Source: Halocafeteria seosinensis
Taxonomy: Eukaryota
Assembly: GCA_001687465.1 (NCBI GenBank)
Contig: LVLI01000059.1
Location: 1 to 56,833 of the forward strand
Length of the DNA: 56,833 bases
Direction of reading: 5' to 3'
Below the pieces are notes generated by a model. The model was not told where the DNA came from. It did no database searches and saw nothing but the letters and a program-made list of their open reading frames with translations. Of this stretch, positions 33,501-43,327 are shown one piece after another (within the stretch, counting starts at the first letter, position 1; the number at the start of each line of letters is the position of its first letter). The position numbers and the translations under genes are program-made.

Positions 33501-35195
33501 ACGTTTGACCAGCATGATCAATGCAACATTGTGGTTTATAGTTCGAGCGTTTGGACACGATGCCAAGATGGGTTTATTGAAATAAACGCAAGTACGGCAA
33601 AAGACCAGTTGAATGGACGATTGACATGGACAGGGGATGTGCAGAGCTTCGGCTTTATTGACGGCTACCGCCCGTTTACGGTTGATGGCGACGGGAACCA
33701 CTTTGCTCATTATGATATAGTTCTTCCTTTCAATTTCACTCAATTTTATCTGGACGATTTCAAAATCCGTGCCGCTTCCTACTTGAATTTTGGGTCCACT
33801 TCAGAGATACATAACTCCGAAACAACCCGATACCAAAGTTGGGAAACTTTAGGGTTTAAACGCCGAGGAGGACAACATAGTGGAGATGTTGCATTCGGCT
33901 CACCTGAGGAAACTAAACCTGCAACGAGTTATGCCCGATTTCAGTCATTGCGGTCAAAAGACGGTGTTCATACTTTTAAGGGAAATGGATTCCTGTACAA
34001 TGTGACACGATCGCATAGGTTTCGCATTCATTGGGGGGAAAAAGGCCGGCAAGACGAGGGTTGGGCTTGGTGGGATGGATCGATATGGATAAGAAACCAT
34101 ACACCAACAAGGGATGCCGTAGTCATCAATCACATTTGCTCACTTATGTTTGAAGTGTCTGCATGTCCAAGTTATACTGTTATCGGAAGAGATCATTTAA
34201 AGTGTATCTCTTGCGTGGCTGGTGCAGTTCCGGACACTGCACGCCGCAATTGTACTCCATGTCCGCCTGGCATGGTGGCAGGGGAGTCAGATACATCGTG
34301 CAGGCTATGTGAGCTTGGGAAAATCCCGTCCGGAGACGGAAGCAGGTGCCTGCCGTGTCCAAGCGCTAATGTAAGCAACTGCCTTGGGCTAGTAGTGAGT
34401 CCCACTTCGGCAGCCACTTCACCCCTCCCAAGTTCCGAAGCGTCAACTACCATCACATCACGAGTCTCCAACAATTTCAATGCGTCGTCTGATTTGGTAT
34501 CGAAATCTGAGGTGGCTGTAGTGGGATCCAGTTCACTCATCAACCCGTCCCTGAATCCAAGCAATCCGAGCACATATCCTTTTCTTGTTTCGGCCTCGTC
34601 AGCCAGTGACAATAGATCGCCGCAGACAGTAACGCCTTCTACCTCGCATTACACTTCTTCAAAGGGAGATACCAACACTGCAACAATGACCATTATTCCA
34701 ACTTTTGTCTCCAATCCCACTTCTTTTTTTGGAATGGCGTCAAGTACGGTAAGCACTACAGCACAGACCGCGGCACCCGAAGGCTTCAGCCTCTCCGAAT
34801 ATAACCACTCAGCATCGACGTCTTCCACTTCACATTTTAATACTTCAAAGGAGGGAAGCACCACTGCAACATGGTCTTTTATGCCAACTACTGTGTCCAA
34901 TTACACTGCTTTTGTCGGAACGAGTACTGTTAGCACGACAGTAGGCACTGCAGCACCCGAAAGCTTCAGTGGCTCCGAGTATAACCAGTCGATATCATCG
35001 TCTAAATCTGTCGCATATGCACTGGGAACTGTTCTCACATTGGCTATATGTACGCTTACCATGTTGGTTGCATACAAACGGAGGCGAAACAAGGCAAAAA
35101 AATCCAGTTTTGCGGATCCATTAACACTCTATAGACAGCAACTATGTACGACTTCCTGGTTACGCGCATCATCGCGATTCAAGGAACAACCATGA
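30519..35195 (+). CDS. 1558-aa type I membrane protein with five ~200-aa Trp/Phe-rich repeats, Cys-rich repeats, S/T stalk and one TM helix; may extend to 35922 via an intron
   Basis: Signal-like LMHAFLALMLV; repeats carrying RPFTVDGxGxH(Y/F)xHYDI, TSYARFQ and FRLHW(G/A)ExGxQxEGWxWWxGSIW; CTPCPPG repeats; TM VAYALGTVLTLAICTLTMLVAY followed by KRRRNK. Confidence 0.85.
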   Translation: MVRRQIMKRSATLMHAFLALMLVNELHGAHIQNEITWTDSVCEAAGNGSSAGQVTKSVDEIFHSLEVDAPIHTFQIRTISEHVWLEIESVVRHGEGAASCEREDLTESDHPFQLAKQEFNTMETNAPRETVGELDGTLELKKGRTLSAEGCNRYSVAVAAYSNVYRSCNEAPGDGTFLIDPYGGGGANGFWTRCRDKFMEITRSIAKDHLDATLRWKGDVRSSGFLDENRPFTVDGQGDHYAHYDIEVPFGYNQFYLDDFRIRAMSYEKTTSDSSEILHGQWFTEWTQEATTQNCNRGDFAFGSASHNGSVTSYARFQSLSSNDGISTFAGNAITFNVSESKTFRLHWGESGVQHEGWSWWSGSIWVRRNTALLNSLESCEEAPRDGNYWLNPLGKSTSQVLRTRCFNGFTEITRHVAARHLNATLTWYGDVVDSGFKNDSRPFTVDGRGGHFTHYDIPVPMIYDQFYLEDFKIRSTSYLWSRKHRSEFGATQKPFFTSWKQTRIERTVSGDVTFGPPLDTGPTTSYARFQSLRSHYGVHSFRGNGRVFNVSNSNVFRLHWGERGIQSEGWAWWNGSIWVKRNPRLLGGVYRSCDEVPEDGRHRINPSSQTTVNAAFWTTCKDGFMEVTMDIAREYLSGRLANTGNVSESGFSNDGKPFSAGYGSHLCAYSMQIPFEYNQFFLEDFEVYSIGSKPEHGSYGNSDRFAVGWTPNSTMASSYSLLRHINTTGTIHRLSQNGSIFSVPQSQIFQIFWKHTGSDYGGWEWANGTVWLKRNRSLLNIYKDCNEVPEDGAYNLTPVKGRVATRCFKGFMEITPQIAKDTLNATLTWSGDVVDYGFVDENRPFTVDGKGGHYAHYDIPIPFEYNQFYVENFRIRSTSGMLDNTHTSELGYIGKPFITRWNQYSPDAIGGGDFAFGSPKEDGPATSYARFQEFRSHSETSKFNANTVVFNVSKSNQFRLHWAEAGWQNEGWVWWSGSIWLGNHERTCTTLCDTFDQHDQCNIVVYSSSVWTRCQDGFIEINASTAKDQLNGRLTWTGDVQSFGFIDGYRPFTVDGDGNHFAHYDIVLPFNFTQFYLDDFKIRAASYLNFGSTSEIHNSETTRYQSWETLGFKRRGGQHSGDVAFGSPEETKPATSYARFQSLRSKDGVHTFKGNGFLYNVTRSHRFRIHWGEKGRQDEGWAWWDGSIWIRNHTPTRDAVVINHICSLMFEVSACPSYTVIGRDHLKCISCVAGAVPDTARRNCTPCPPGMVAGESDTSCRLCELGKIPSGDGSRCLPCPSANVSNCLGLVVSPTSAATSPLPSSEASTTITSRVSNNFNASSDLVSKSEVAVVGSSSLINPSLNPSNPSTYPFLVSASSASDNRSPQTVTPSTSHYTSSKGDTNTATMTIIPTFVSNPTSFFGMASSTVSTTAQTAAPEGFSLSEYNHSASTSSTSHFNTSKEGSTTATWSFMPTTVSNYTAFVGTSTVSTTVGTAAPESFSGSEYNQSISSSKSVAYALGTVLTLAICTLTMLVAYKRRRNKAKKSSFADPLTLYRQQLCTTSWLRASSRFKEQP

Positions 35196-36167
35196 CGGAG
35201 AATCGAAGAACCGCTGGTACGACGGGAACTTCACCCCTTGTCATGATAGACTGTCAGCAGGAAACACTGCATCCCTAGCTACACACATGAAATCGGTAAA
35301 TCCGCTAGTTGCGACTGCTGGTACAGAACCCGCAGCACGGGTAGGACAGGAGGGTTCAATTATCCATGATCCTGGCATAGACCATAGGACAAAACTAAGC
35401 GCCGAAGTAGAGTTTGTTGACTTGGTAAATAGCTCTCCGGAATCCAGCACAGTTAAGGTCACATCAGTGAAGGCCCCAAGGGTAGAGTCAGCGAGCGGGA
35501 AGGAAAGCAGTTCACCAAGCAAACAGGTTGCTATAGCAACCAACATAGACCGCGCGGAGCTGCGTACTGTTGATAAGGTGTTGTTGAGACTGCGCGAGTG
35601 GAAGGCAACACTTTTAGCAGAACCACCGCCACTGGTGGAAATCCAAACGAAACAGGGAAATGTTGAGGTCAGGGAGGAAACGGCTTTTGGAGGACGAAAT
35701 ACAGACACCTCTACTTTTGGAATAGGAAACCGAAACGACAAGTGCAGTCACTTCTCACAACGGGACAGAAGGCGGCATCATAAAACAGAGTTTAATCAAA
35801 GGCTGCCGAGTGCGCACACCCTGTACCGTGGCAATGCCCTTCGAGCCGTTGCTTCTAAAGGGAAGATGCGGCCAGTGAATAACGGCACGAGGATCCCCAC
35901 AAACGCTAGCTTGGCGTCCTGATTGGCGCTCCGCAATAGTGTACATATTTCGGTTTACAGATTCCGCGTCGGTGGTTCACACGAGTCCATGGTCACTGAA
36001 TCACTGATTGGAGTGTTAAGCAAATAAACAAATTCCATAGCCCACCTGTAGTGTTCTAACATGGTGGGTTCAAGAAAACATTAGTACTTTACATTATACA
36101 GCAGCGTCCGGAGATATTGGCATTTGCACTGTTGGTTTGTATTTGCCGTGGGTGAAACAACGAGCGG

Positions 36168-37729
36168 ATGGTTTCTCCCTTGCGTGTATCTACAGTAGCA
36201 GCGGATGATGCCATCGGTATGAGGAAATGGAGCATGACATGCCTGATTTCAATGTGGTTTATTCCAGCCACAATGGCATGGAGGGGAGGCGGTGCTGAGG
36301 TTGTCGACCTTCGCCCAAACATTCTGGCGCACCAACACCCCTGTATTGACTACAGCACGAGACAAGATGAAGAAGGCCTATTTGAGCAATATTGCAACAT
36401 AGTTTGGACGAATAACAGCGCGTTTATTTCTTTGGATGCCAGCGAGATATTTGATGGAAATGATTTCATCATTGATCTCCACAATACAGTATCACCGAGA
36501 TCGAAGGCATATTCCAAGTGAGCGAAAGGATTAATTCGTCCATGGAAGCACCTTTGATCCGCCACGTCCACACGCGAAACGGTGAAACGAGCTCCACTGG
36601 GGGATTAATAGTGTGGTCGAAACAGAAGTTCTTTAAAGTAGATTCCTGTAGTTCCTCCGGGATCATACGAGGAGACCAAACCCCACGATATTCCCCATGG
36701 CTTGGTGGAGGAGGAATCGCTGACTTTAAGAGTGCATCAGGAGGTGGCAGCTTTACCATATCTTCCTCGCAATCTACCGGTAACATAACTGGTGGGCGCG
36801 CGGGTGGAATTGTAGGGATCTCGGCTGCCACGTTGCATGGGGTTGGAAGCATAATAGCTTGCTTCTCAGCAGGTGTCATTTCTGGAAATTCTGCAGGAGG
36901 GATAGCGGGTAGCGGGGCAGGAGTTGACGAAGGTCAGTTAGATTTGTTCCAGTGTTTCTCTTCGGGTGACGTTGATGGTGACTGGAGTGGCGGGTTAGCC
37001 GGTAACGGTGCTGGATGGAGAAAAGGGAGCTTCTTTGCTAAACAGTGTTTTTCTCTTGGACATATCAATGGGAAATCGAGCGGCGGACTTGTAGGTAAGT
37101 TTGCAGCAGGCAAAGGGGGAAATCTGGTCGTTACCGAATGTTACTCTAAAGGCAATATCTGTGGTGACGATAGCGGAGGAATTTGCGGCGATGGGCTTGC
37201 CGGTAGCGGCGGTAGAGCTGTTATTCGCAATACATATGCCTCTGGACATGTTTCAAGCAATGTACAGAACACAGGAGGGATAGCTGGGGACGTTAGAGCA
37301 AACACTGCTTTCGTTGCGATAAAGTACTCTGTTTATTCGGGAGATGGTGGTATATCGGGCCGAAATGACCAACTAATAGAGTCCTTGGAGACAAATTCGG
37401 GAAAGCTAAACCGCATAAGAGGGCAGTTGTATTCTTACAATGGAACGCAAATGTGGTCCAACGAGACGTGGTTTGTGGAAGCACCACAGTGTTTTCCACG
37501 TCTTCGGTTTGAGAGAAGTTTCATTGTGACTAGTGCTAAGCCAACAAAATCACCAGATTATGTGCCCAGTGGTATCCCTCCAGCCCCCCCCCCGGTTTCA
37601 TCAGTCAGAGCAACAAGCACGCCATTCAATACGATAACTAATGCAGTCGAAACGCTACCGCCTTCGTCTCCGACAGCTTCGAGAGGACGGAAGCAACTTC
37701 CTGCGCAAAGACCTCGGAGATATACATAG
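36168..37729 (+). CDS. GLUG-like Gly-rich protein (paralog 2) with one frameshift near 36485 (pseudogene or assembly error)
   Basis: 5' ORF (signal, DLRPNIL, FISLDASEIFDG, IIDL) and 3' ORF (EAPLIRHVHTRNG, GGIAG repeats, FPRLRF, LPAQRPRR) are colinear with the paralogs but in different frames. Confidence 0.75.
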
Positions 37730-37867
37730 AGACAGCGTTGTTATTCGATGCATCTTTTTGTCTCCTATATTTAGTGTTACACCCGTACACTGCCTTCAGG
37801 TGTCTTGTAGAGCATCGGAGCGTAAGAAACCGGCAGTGTATGACGGGGTTTAGAGAACTTGTGGAGC

Positions 37868-37910
37868 TAAGTGGTTGTGGACAATTTCCTGGCCGGTGGG
37901 CTACCTGTCA
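37868..37910 (+). repeat. Dispersed repeat copy D (core only)
   Basis: TAAGTGGTTGTGGACAATTTCCTGGCCGGTGGGCTACCTGTCA versus TAAGAGGATGCGGTCAACTTCCCGGCCGGTGGGCTATCTGTCA. Confidence 0.75.
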
Positions 37911-38365
37911 AACAACAAATGCAATGGGCAGTGTTAAGGGGATACACATCAATTAATTAAATTCACTGGTTCCTTCATTAAATGTCGTGCAGCAACCCCA
38001 CGTCGTCTCCAAGAGTATCCTAAGCAACGCTGACAAGCCTCAAGAATCTTTCAATTGGAAACTTGGCCACGTTGGGAAGTAATTCTTCTTGGGGCTTAGG
38101 AGGACTCCCCTCTGCAGAATAAGCATGCATGTTACATTGGCAGTTGCTTCTAAAATATCCTTATGCCACTTCGGTAATCTAAGCAAAATACATGTATCAC
38201 GTGAAAGTGCAAGGTTCAATTCCAGAATGTGAAACCCGATGGAATTGTTCATCTATCCTGACCTCTAGCGGTATACTTTCTTTCGTACATTTTTTTCTCT
38301 TTCTTTCTCTTTATTCTTAGATAGTCATACGTCTTGTACAACAGTACCTTCTCCTTGGTGGTGCC

Positions 38366-38987
38366 ATGGGTTCGGGCTCCAGCAAACAGCAGCCAGCTGA
38401 TTCCTCCGGAGGAGCTGGAGGACAGCAATCCATACCTCCCGTTGTGCTCGTAAGGACATGCACCAATAGATGATGGTAGTTACTCACTAATGCATCTATC
38501 TACCTACCTGTATGCGTGCAGAGACGCCATGATGCGATGCAGCAGGAGGACAAAGAGGCTGCTTTACGACGATTGTACGTATTCCATGCCACCATATGCA
38601 TGTAATGCACTATGTAGATGATGTCTGTGCTTTCACAGAGAGGAGGATTTCTACCGGGAAGCGTACAATGAAGGGCAGAAACAAGTGCTGGAAGGCGTGA
38701 ACAGCCGGGCTGATCAGCTGTCGGATGTGAAAATGGCTGAAAAATTATCAGAAGCCGAGAAAGATAGACAGCAAATTGCAGAGCAATCGCTGGAGCAATT
38801 CAGGAAGGAAATTCATAGTCTGCGTGTGAAAGGCAATCCGTGCGCACAAGAACGGGAAGCATGCCTGGCCTGCTATCGAAGCCATGGATCCACGGATCCA
38901 TTACAATGCGAGACCCAGTTACAGCAGTTCGAACAATGCACGTCTCAAGCTGCAAAGAAACACCTGAGCCCTAGTGGAAGAGCGTAG
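38366..38987 (+). CDS. MIC19/CHCHD3-like coiled-coil twin-CX9C protein, three exons
   Basis: MGSGSSK myristoylation-like start; introns 38450-38521 and 38575-38638; coiled coil, then CAQEREACLAC and CETQLQQFEQC (both CX9C). Confidence 0.7.
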
Positions 38988-39546
38988 GATACAGAGAACC
39001 GGGGGCGAGTTCAGAGCACCTAAGTGCTCTAATTCAGCTAACTACCGACAACGACACCTGCCCACTATATATGGATACAGAGCTTCAGCTGGCGTTGTTG
39101 CACTCATTTACCGGGATAGCCGACGGAATTTTGATGTTTTATATGTGTTTCGCATTATATATTCTCTCTATACGTTAGTGAGGGGTGCAGCTGCCATTCA
39201 GGAGCACGAACTGTAGCCCAGTATCGAATTGGTGTTCTTGTAAGATGCCCCTGACTGCTACATTAAATGGCAACCAAACCAAATAGTCTAGCATACAATT
39301 AATCCACTGAATTCTTTGTAGAATATTGATAAAGCGCCCTGCTTTGTAGGTCTCACTGCAATAACATGGTCAAATTTTCCCACATCCGAAGACTGAGAAA
39401 CGCTTAATGCCGAGCAGCGGAAGTGTCTAAGGACGTAAACGTGTGATTGAGCAAGCTTACAATGTAGACACTATTTCCCGTTTCCAGTATGGCTCCTTTA
39501 GGTGGTGATTCCATAATTCGCTGGGCGTAAAGCCTAAAGCTTCGGA

Positions 39547-40138
39547 TCATCGCCCACTGCTGGAGTCGTCGTATTGCCACCCTGGAGCATTGTACTGCAC
39601 GATATCCAGCATAGCATTTAACTGCTCTCTAATAAAACAGGGCCGCTTGCCTGACTACGATGGCGTCTGAGTGAATAGCCAGCATACAACGCCGATCAAC
39701 TTACCTTTTGTAGAATATAGTCCACGGATTCGTAGGTTCGCTGCCATAACATCGCCAAGTTTTGCGGATCCGTCTCATGACGATACGCCTCAAACTCCTG
39801 CCTATACATACATTTGCGTAGAAATAAGCTCTCCGCGCAGGTATTGCTTGTTGTTTGGTGGGGTTGAATTCTATACTTACGTCGCGTGCTCGATGGAGGT
39901 AGTAGTCTCGACAGTTCTCCGGTAAGGTCCTAAAATTGCGCAGGACATACCTATACAGCGCTTTCGTGTCAAACATATCCGATAAGTGCCGCATTGATTC
40001 CGTGCGGTCGTCTTCATCATCGAGTGGGCTCCTGCTGCATACTATGGCAGTGTGTATGTGTCTGCGTGGGGACGTGTGCTGCCGTCGTATACAGCCAGCA
40101 CACAGTCCCCTGCTCCCCAACAGGATTCTTCTGCTCAT
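39547..40138 (-). CDS. Mitochondrial LYR-motif protein (LYRM9-like), three exons
   Basis: Arg-rich presequence MSRRILLGSRGL; ALYRYVLRNFRTLP..YYLHRARD, then spliced EFEAYRHETDPQNLAMLWQRTYESVDYILQK and YNAPGW..stop; start codon uncertain. Confidence 0.7.
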
Positions 40139-40624
40139 TTCTGACTCATAACTGCGGTACTTTCCAGCAAGTAGCGATCCTTCAGTTCCTGGCAAATCAC
40201 GGCCATGTTCTAAGACAGTCCGTCGACAACACTTCCACACTTCACAACCCCTGGCTTGAAGCGAAAGTCGCGACCGGAAGCAACGGGACATGAGGAAATT
40301 GGAACCACAATTGATGCGGTATTGGTATTGATTTCTATCACTGGCACTGAGGGACAAGACTCTCACTGGGAAGCAACGTCTTCCCGCTGCTCGTGCGCTG
40401 AAGCGCTTTCTGGAGACTACCGTATACAAACGTAAGTTGTATATACACAGTACAGTACAACTGTATTGGCGACAGAACCATAAAACGAAGAAATGCTCCT
40501 CAAACGAAGAAAGTATTCCTCTGAGGCCATAGGAAACCAAGGCGTCGGACAGCAAGCAAGAACCAAGAACAAAGAGGAGCGCGTATCGTGATTCATCGCC
40601 TTTTCTAAAGCTAATACTGTAACC

Positions 40625-43327
40625 ATGGTACGACCCATAAAGCGCCTATCATCTTGGCTCATCTTGCAATGGACGCTGACGTTGACCGAGGTTGCCTTCA
40701 TTGCTTTCCGTCCTCGATTGATATCCGACAATGAGCAAAAGCAACTGGACGGTCCCATCCAACCCAGTGAGCAATGCGTAGTACATCGCGTATTCTCTTT
40801 TCAGGGTGATACTCCTCAGGTGTATGGATCTCAGGAGAGGGTGCGTCGCTTTGCCTGCTCGACTCATATCGTGCCGTCATCTTGCTCGGTTGGTAGACAC
40901 CCTGTCCCTTGTCCTCCGAGGCCGGTTCAGTTTGGCTCGTTGTTACAAGGAAAAAAAGGACAACGCATCGAATCTTGGGACGACTCCATACTTGGAAGAA
41001 GGATTGATTCCCTAGGTATAACTCTCCTGAAAGACCCAGTTACAATGCAGCATCTTGCAGTGATGAACGTCGTACGGGAGAGCAGTGACAAGAAATTCGT
41101 GGGATTCTTCAGTCACTGGTTGTTAACGTCCAACTCCGTTCGTCGGGGGTGGAGCAAGTTGGTTGATAGAGGACGAGGAGGTACTGCTTTTATGACTCCA
41201 AGCACTACGGGGATGGCGAACGATATGGGTCCACTCCATAAAAGACTCCCTTTCTATGAACACATGCTGCCTCTGGGATTCCGTGCCTCGACTCTTGCAA
41301 AGAAGAAGTCACTGCTTTTTTTATTCATCCTGCTGGTCGCTCTAGCGTTGGGTTGGGAGTTTCTGAGGTTGGCAACTCCAGATGATGCAATTTTGTCGGC
41401 AGTTGCTATAATCTCTTTGGAAAGGACTTGTCGCTTGCAGTATCAAGCCCCAATCCAGACACTGACGTGGCCAACTACTACGATGAGAATGAAACGGGTA
41501 GCGCATCGAACAGATTTAAAAGCGTATGTTTCTTGCGCACCGCAAAGTAACAGTATCTTGTCACAAACGACGTTTATGTTGGCGGCATTGTGCATCCTTT
41601 CGAACGAGGTAGCAGCAACAGATTTACGACCGAGAATTATAAGCGGAGCCGAATCCTGCTTTCATTATAATGCGGCTCAACACCAGTTTGAAATGAATTG
41701 TAGTGTGTTGGCATGGGATGATTATGGCTATACGCATCAAGATTACATCTCGTTGGATGTGAATGAGAAATTCGATGGCGGTCGACAGAATGGGCACATA
41801 ATAGATCTGAACGAAATAACAGGGTTCGAAGGATTGTTTACGATACTGGGAAGTGTTGCATCGTTTGACCAAGCCCCCTTGATTCGGAATCTTGATGTTA
41901 GGAATGGGTCAACTGCAAATCATGCTGGATTCATTGTCCAATCACACCAGAAATTCTTTATCATAGATTCATGTAGCTCATCAGGAGATATTGCTGGTAG
42001 CCGAAGTGGTGGTATATGTGGTTATCGAGGTGGTCATGATCATGGTCAAATCAAGATATCGAAATCGTATTCGACAGGGAGGATACTGGGTCGGTATGCA
42101 GGTGGTATTGCAGGGGACAATGTAGGATACAATCATGGGATTGTCCATATCACGGATTGTTATTCCACGGGGACTATTGAAAGTTTGTTTGCAGGTGGTA
42201 TTTGTGGACATGCTGCTGGTTCTACGAATGGTCAAGTGTACATAACTCATTCCTATTCCACAGGAGATATCATTCCTGCTAGTACAAACAGTGGTGGTAT
42301 TGTGGGTCGTAATGCTGGTTGGAACAATGGATCCATTTACATCAAGGAATGTTATACTAGGGGACAAATATCTGCAGGTTATAGTGGAGGGATTAGTGGC
42401 GAAGATACAGCAGAGAATGGAGGTGAAGTACATATCATAGACTGTTATACACGAGGAGATATCAGTGGCACACAAGCAGGAGGTATTACAGGCTGGAGGA
42501 CAGGAGGGCAATTAGGCTATTCCACAGGAGATGTCTACATCACAAACACATATGCATCAGGTGGAGTCACTGGTACGGATGCTGGTGGTATTATAGGATC
42601 TATATTAAGCGAAGCAAGTGGTACTATTCACGTGAAATACTCAGTATATAATGGCAGTGAAGGAGCAGCGTCGATCGTAGGAGTGGATGATGGAAATAAG
42701 CTCGTCGAGACAGACAATTCGGATGATTTGACGGACATACAGGGACGACTGTATCAACTGGGAGGATGGCCGGATGGCGGATGGGCTGTAGATAGAGGAG
42801 AGGGTGACGTCGAGGAGGAGAATCTGCTGCCGATTCTACGCTTTCAATTACCACCGTCATCTCCTACTCCTTCACCCATGTCGACGCCATCAGCGACAAC
42901 GACAAGGTCGGAAACTCCTTCAAGCAGCTTTACACCCTCTGCAAGTGCCACTCCATCCTCGTCGTCCTCGTCGTTACAGAGCCAAACACGGACTCCAACT
43001 GGAACGCCAAGCCCCACGCCAACTTTGACACCTACCCAAAGTCCCACTTTCACGTCGACGGCCACTATGTCGGAGACTCCATCACGTACTACAAGTGCCA
43101 CACCCACCTCGACATCTACCACTGCTACTACTAGTTCGCCTTCACCTTCTGCCACTGCTTCGACGACGATAGCAGGAACGTCAACGCCGAGCATGACTCC
43201 AACACGAAGCTTCACGCCGATACCTTCCGAACCAAATAGCGCTTCGGTTACGGGTAAACCAGACGATCAGTCTGACAAGGTCATTGTACTGCCTGCTCGA
43301 AGACCCAAGCGCACAGTAAAAGGCTGA
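40625..43327 (+). CDS. GLUG-like Gly-rich repeat protein with S/T stalk (paralog 3); true start may be downstream (~41483)
   Basis: TDLRPRIISGAESCFHY..FEMNCS..DYISL..FDGGRQN closely matches paralog 1; GGI(C/A/V)G repeats; LPILRFQLP; ends VLPARRPKRTVKG. Confidence 0.85.
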   Translation: MVRPIKRLSSWLILQWTLTLTEVAFIAFRPRLISDNEQKQLDGPIQPSEQCVVHRVFSFQGDTPQVYGSQERVRRFACSTHIVPSSCSVGRHPVPCPPRPVQFGSLLQGKKGQRIESWDDSILGRRIDSLGITLLKDPVTMQHLAVMNVVRESSDKKFVGFFSHWLLTSNSVRRGWSKLVDRGRGGTAFMTPSTTGMANDMGPLHKRLPFYEHMLPLGFRASTLAKKKSLLFLFILLVALALGWEFLRLATPDDAILSAVAIISLERTCRLQYQAPIQTLTWPTTTMRMKRVAHRTDLKAYVSCAPQSNSILSQTTFMLAALCILSNEVAATDLRPRIISGAESCFHYNAAQHQFEMNCSVLAWDDYGYTHQDYISLDVNEKFDGGRQNGHIIDLNEITGFEGLFTILGSVASFDQAPLIRNLDVRNGSTANHAGFIVQSHQKFFIIDSCSSSGDIAGSRSGGICGYRGGHDHGQIKISKSYSTGRILGRYAGGIAGDNVGYNHGIVHITDCYSTGTIESLFAGGICGHAAGSTNGQVYITHSYSTGDIIPASTNSGGIVGRNAGWNNGSIYIKECYTRGQISAGYSGGISGEDTAENGGEVHIIDCYTRGDISGTQAGGITGWRTGGQLGYSTGDVYITNTYASGGVTGTDAGGIIGSILSEASGTIHVKYSVYNGSEGAASIVGVDDGNKLVETDNSDDLTDIQGRLYQLGGWPDGGWAVDRGEGDVEEENLLPILRFQLPPSSPTPSPMSTPSATTTRSETPSSSFTPSASATPSSSSSSLQSQTRTPTGTPSPTPTLTPTQSPTFTSTATMSETPSRTTSATPTSTSTTATTSSPSPSATASTTIAGTSTPSMTPTRSFTPIPSEPNSASVTGKPDDQSDKVIVLPARRPKRTVKG

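Noticed and set aside
39701..40555. 284-aa ORF as a single protein
   Set aside because: It reads through an intron and upstream sequence; the spliced LYR model fits better
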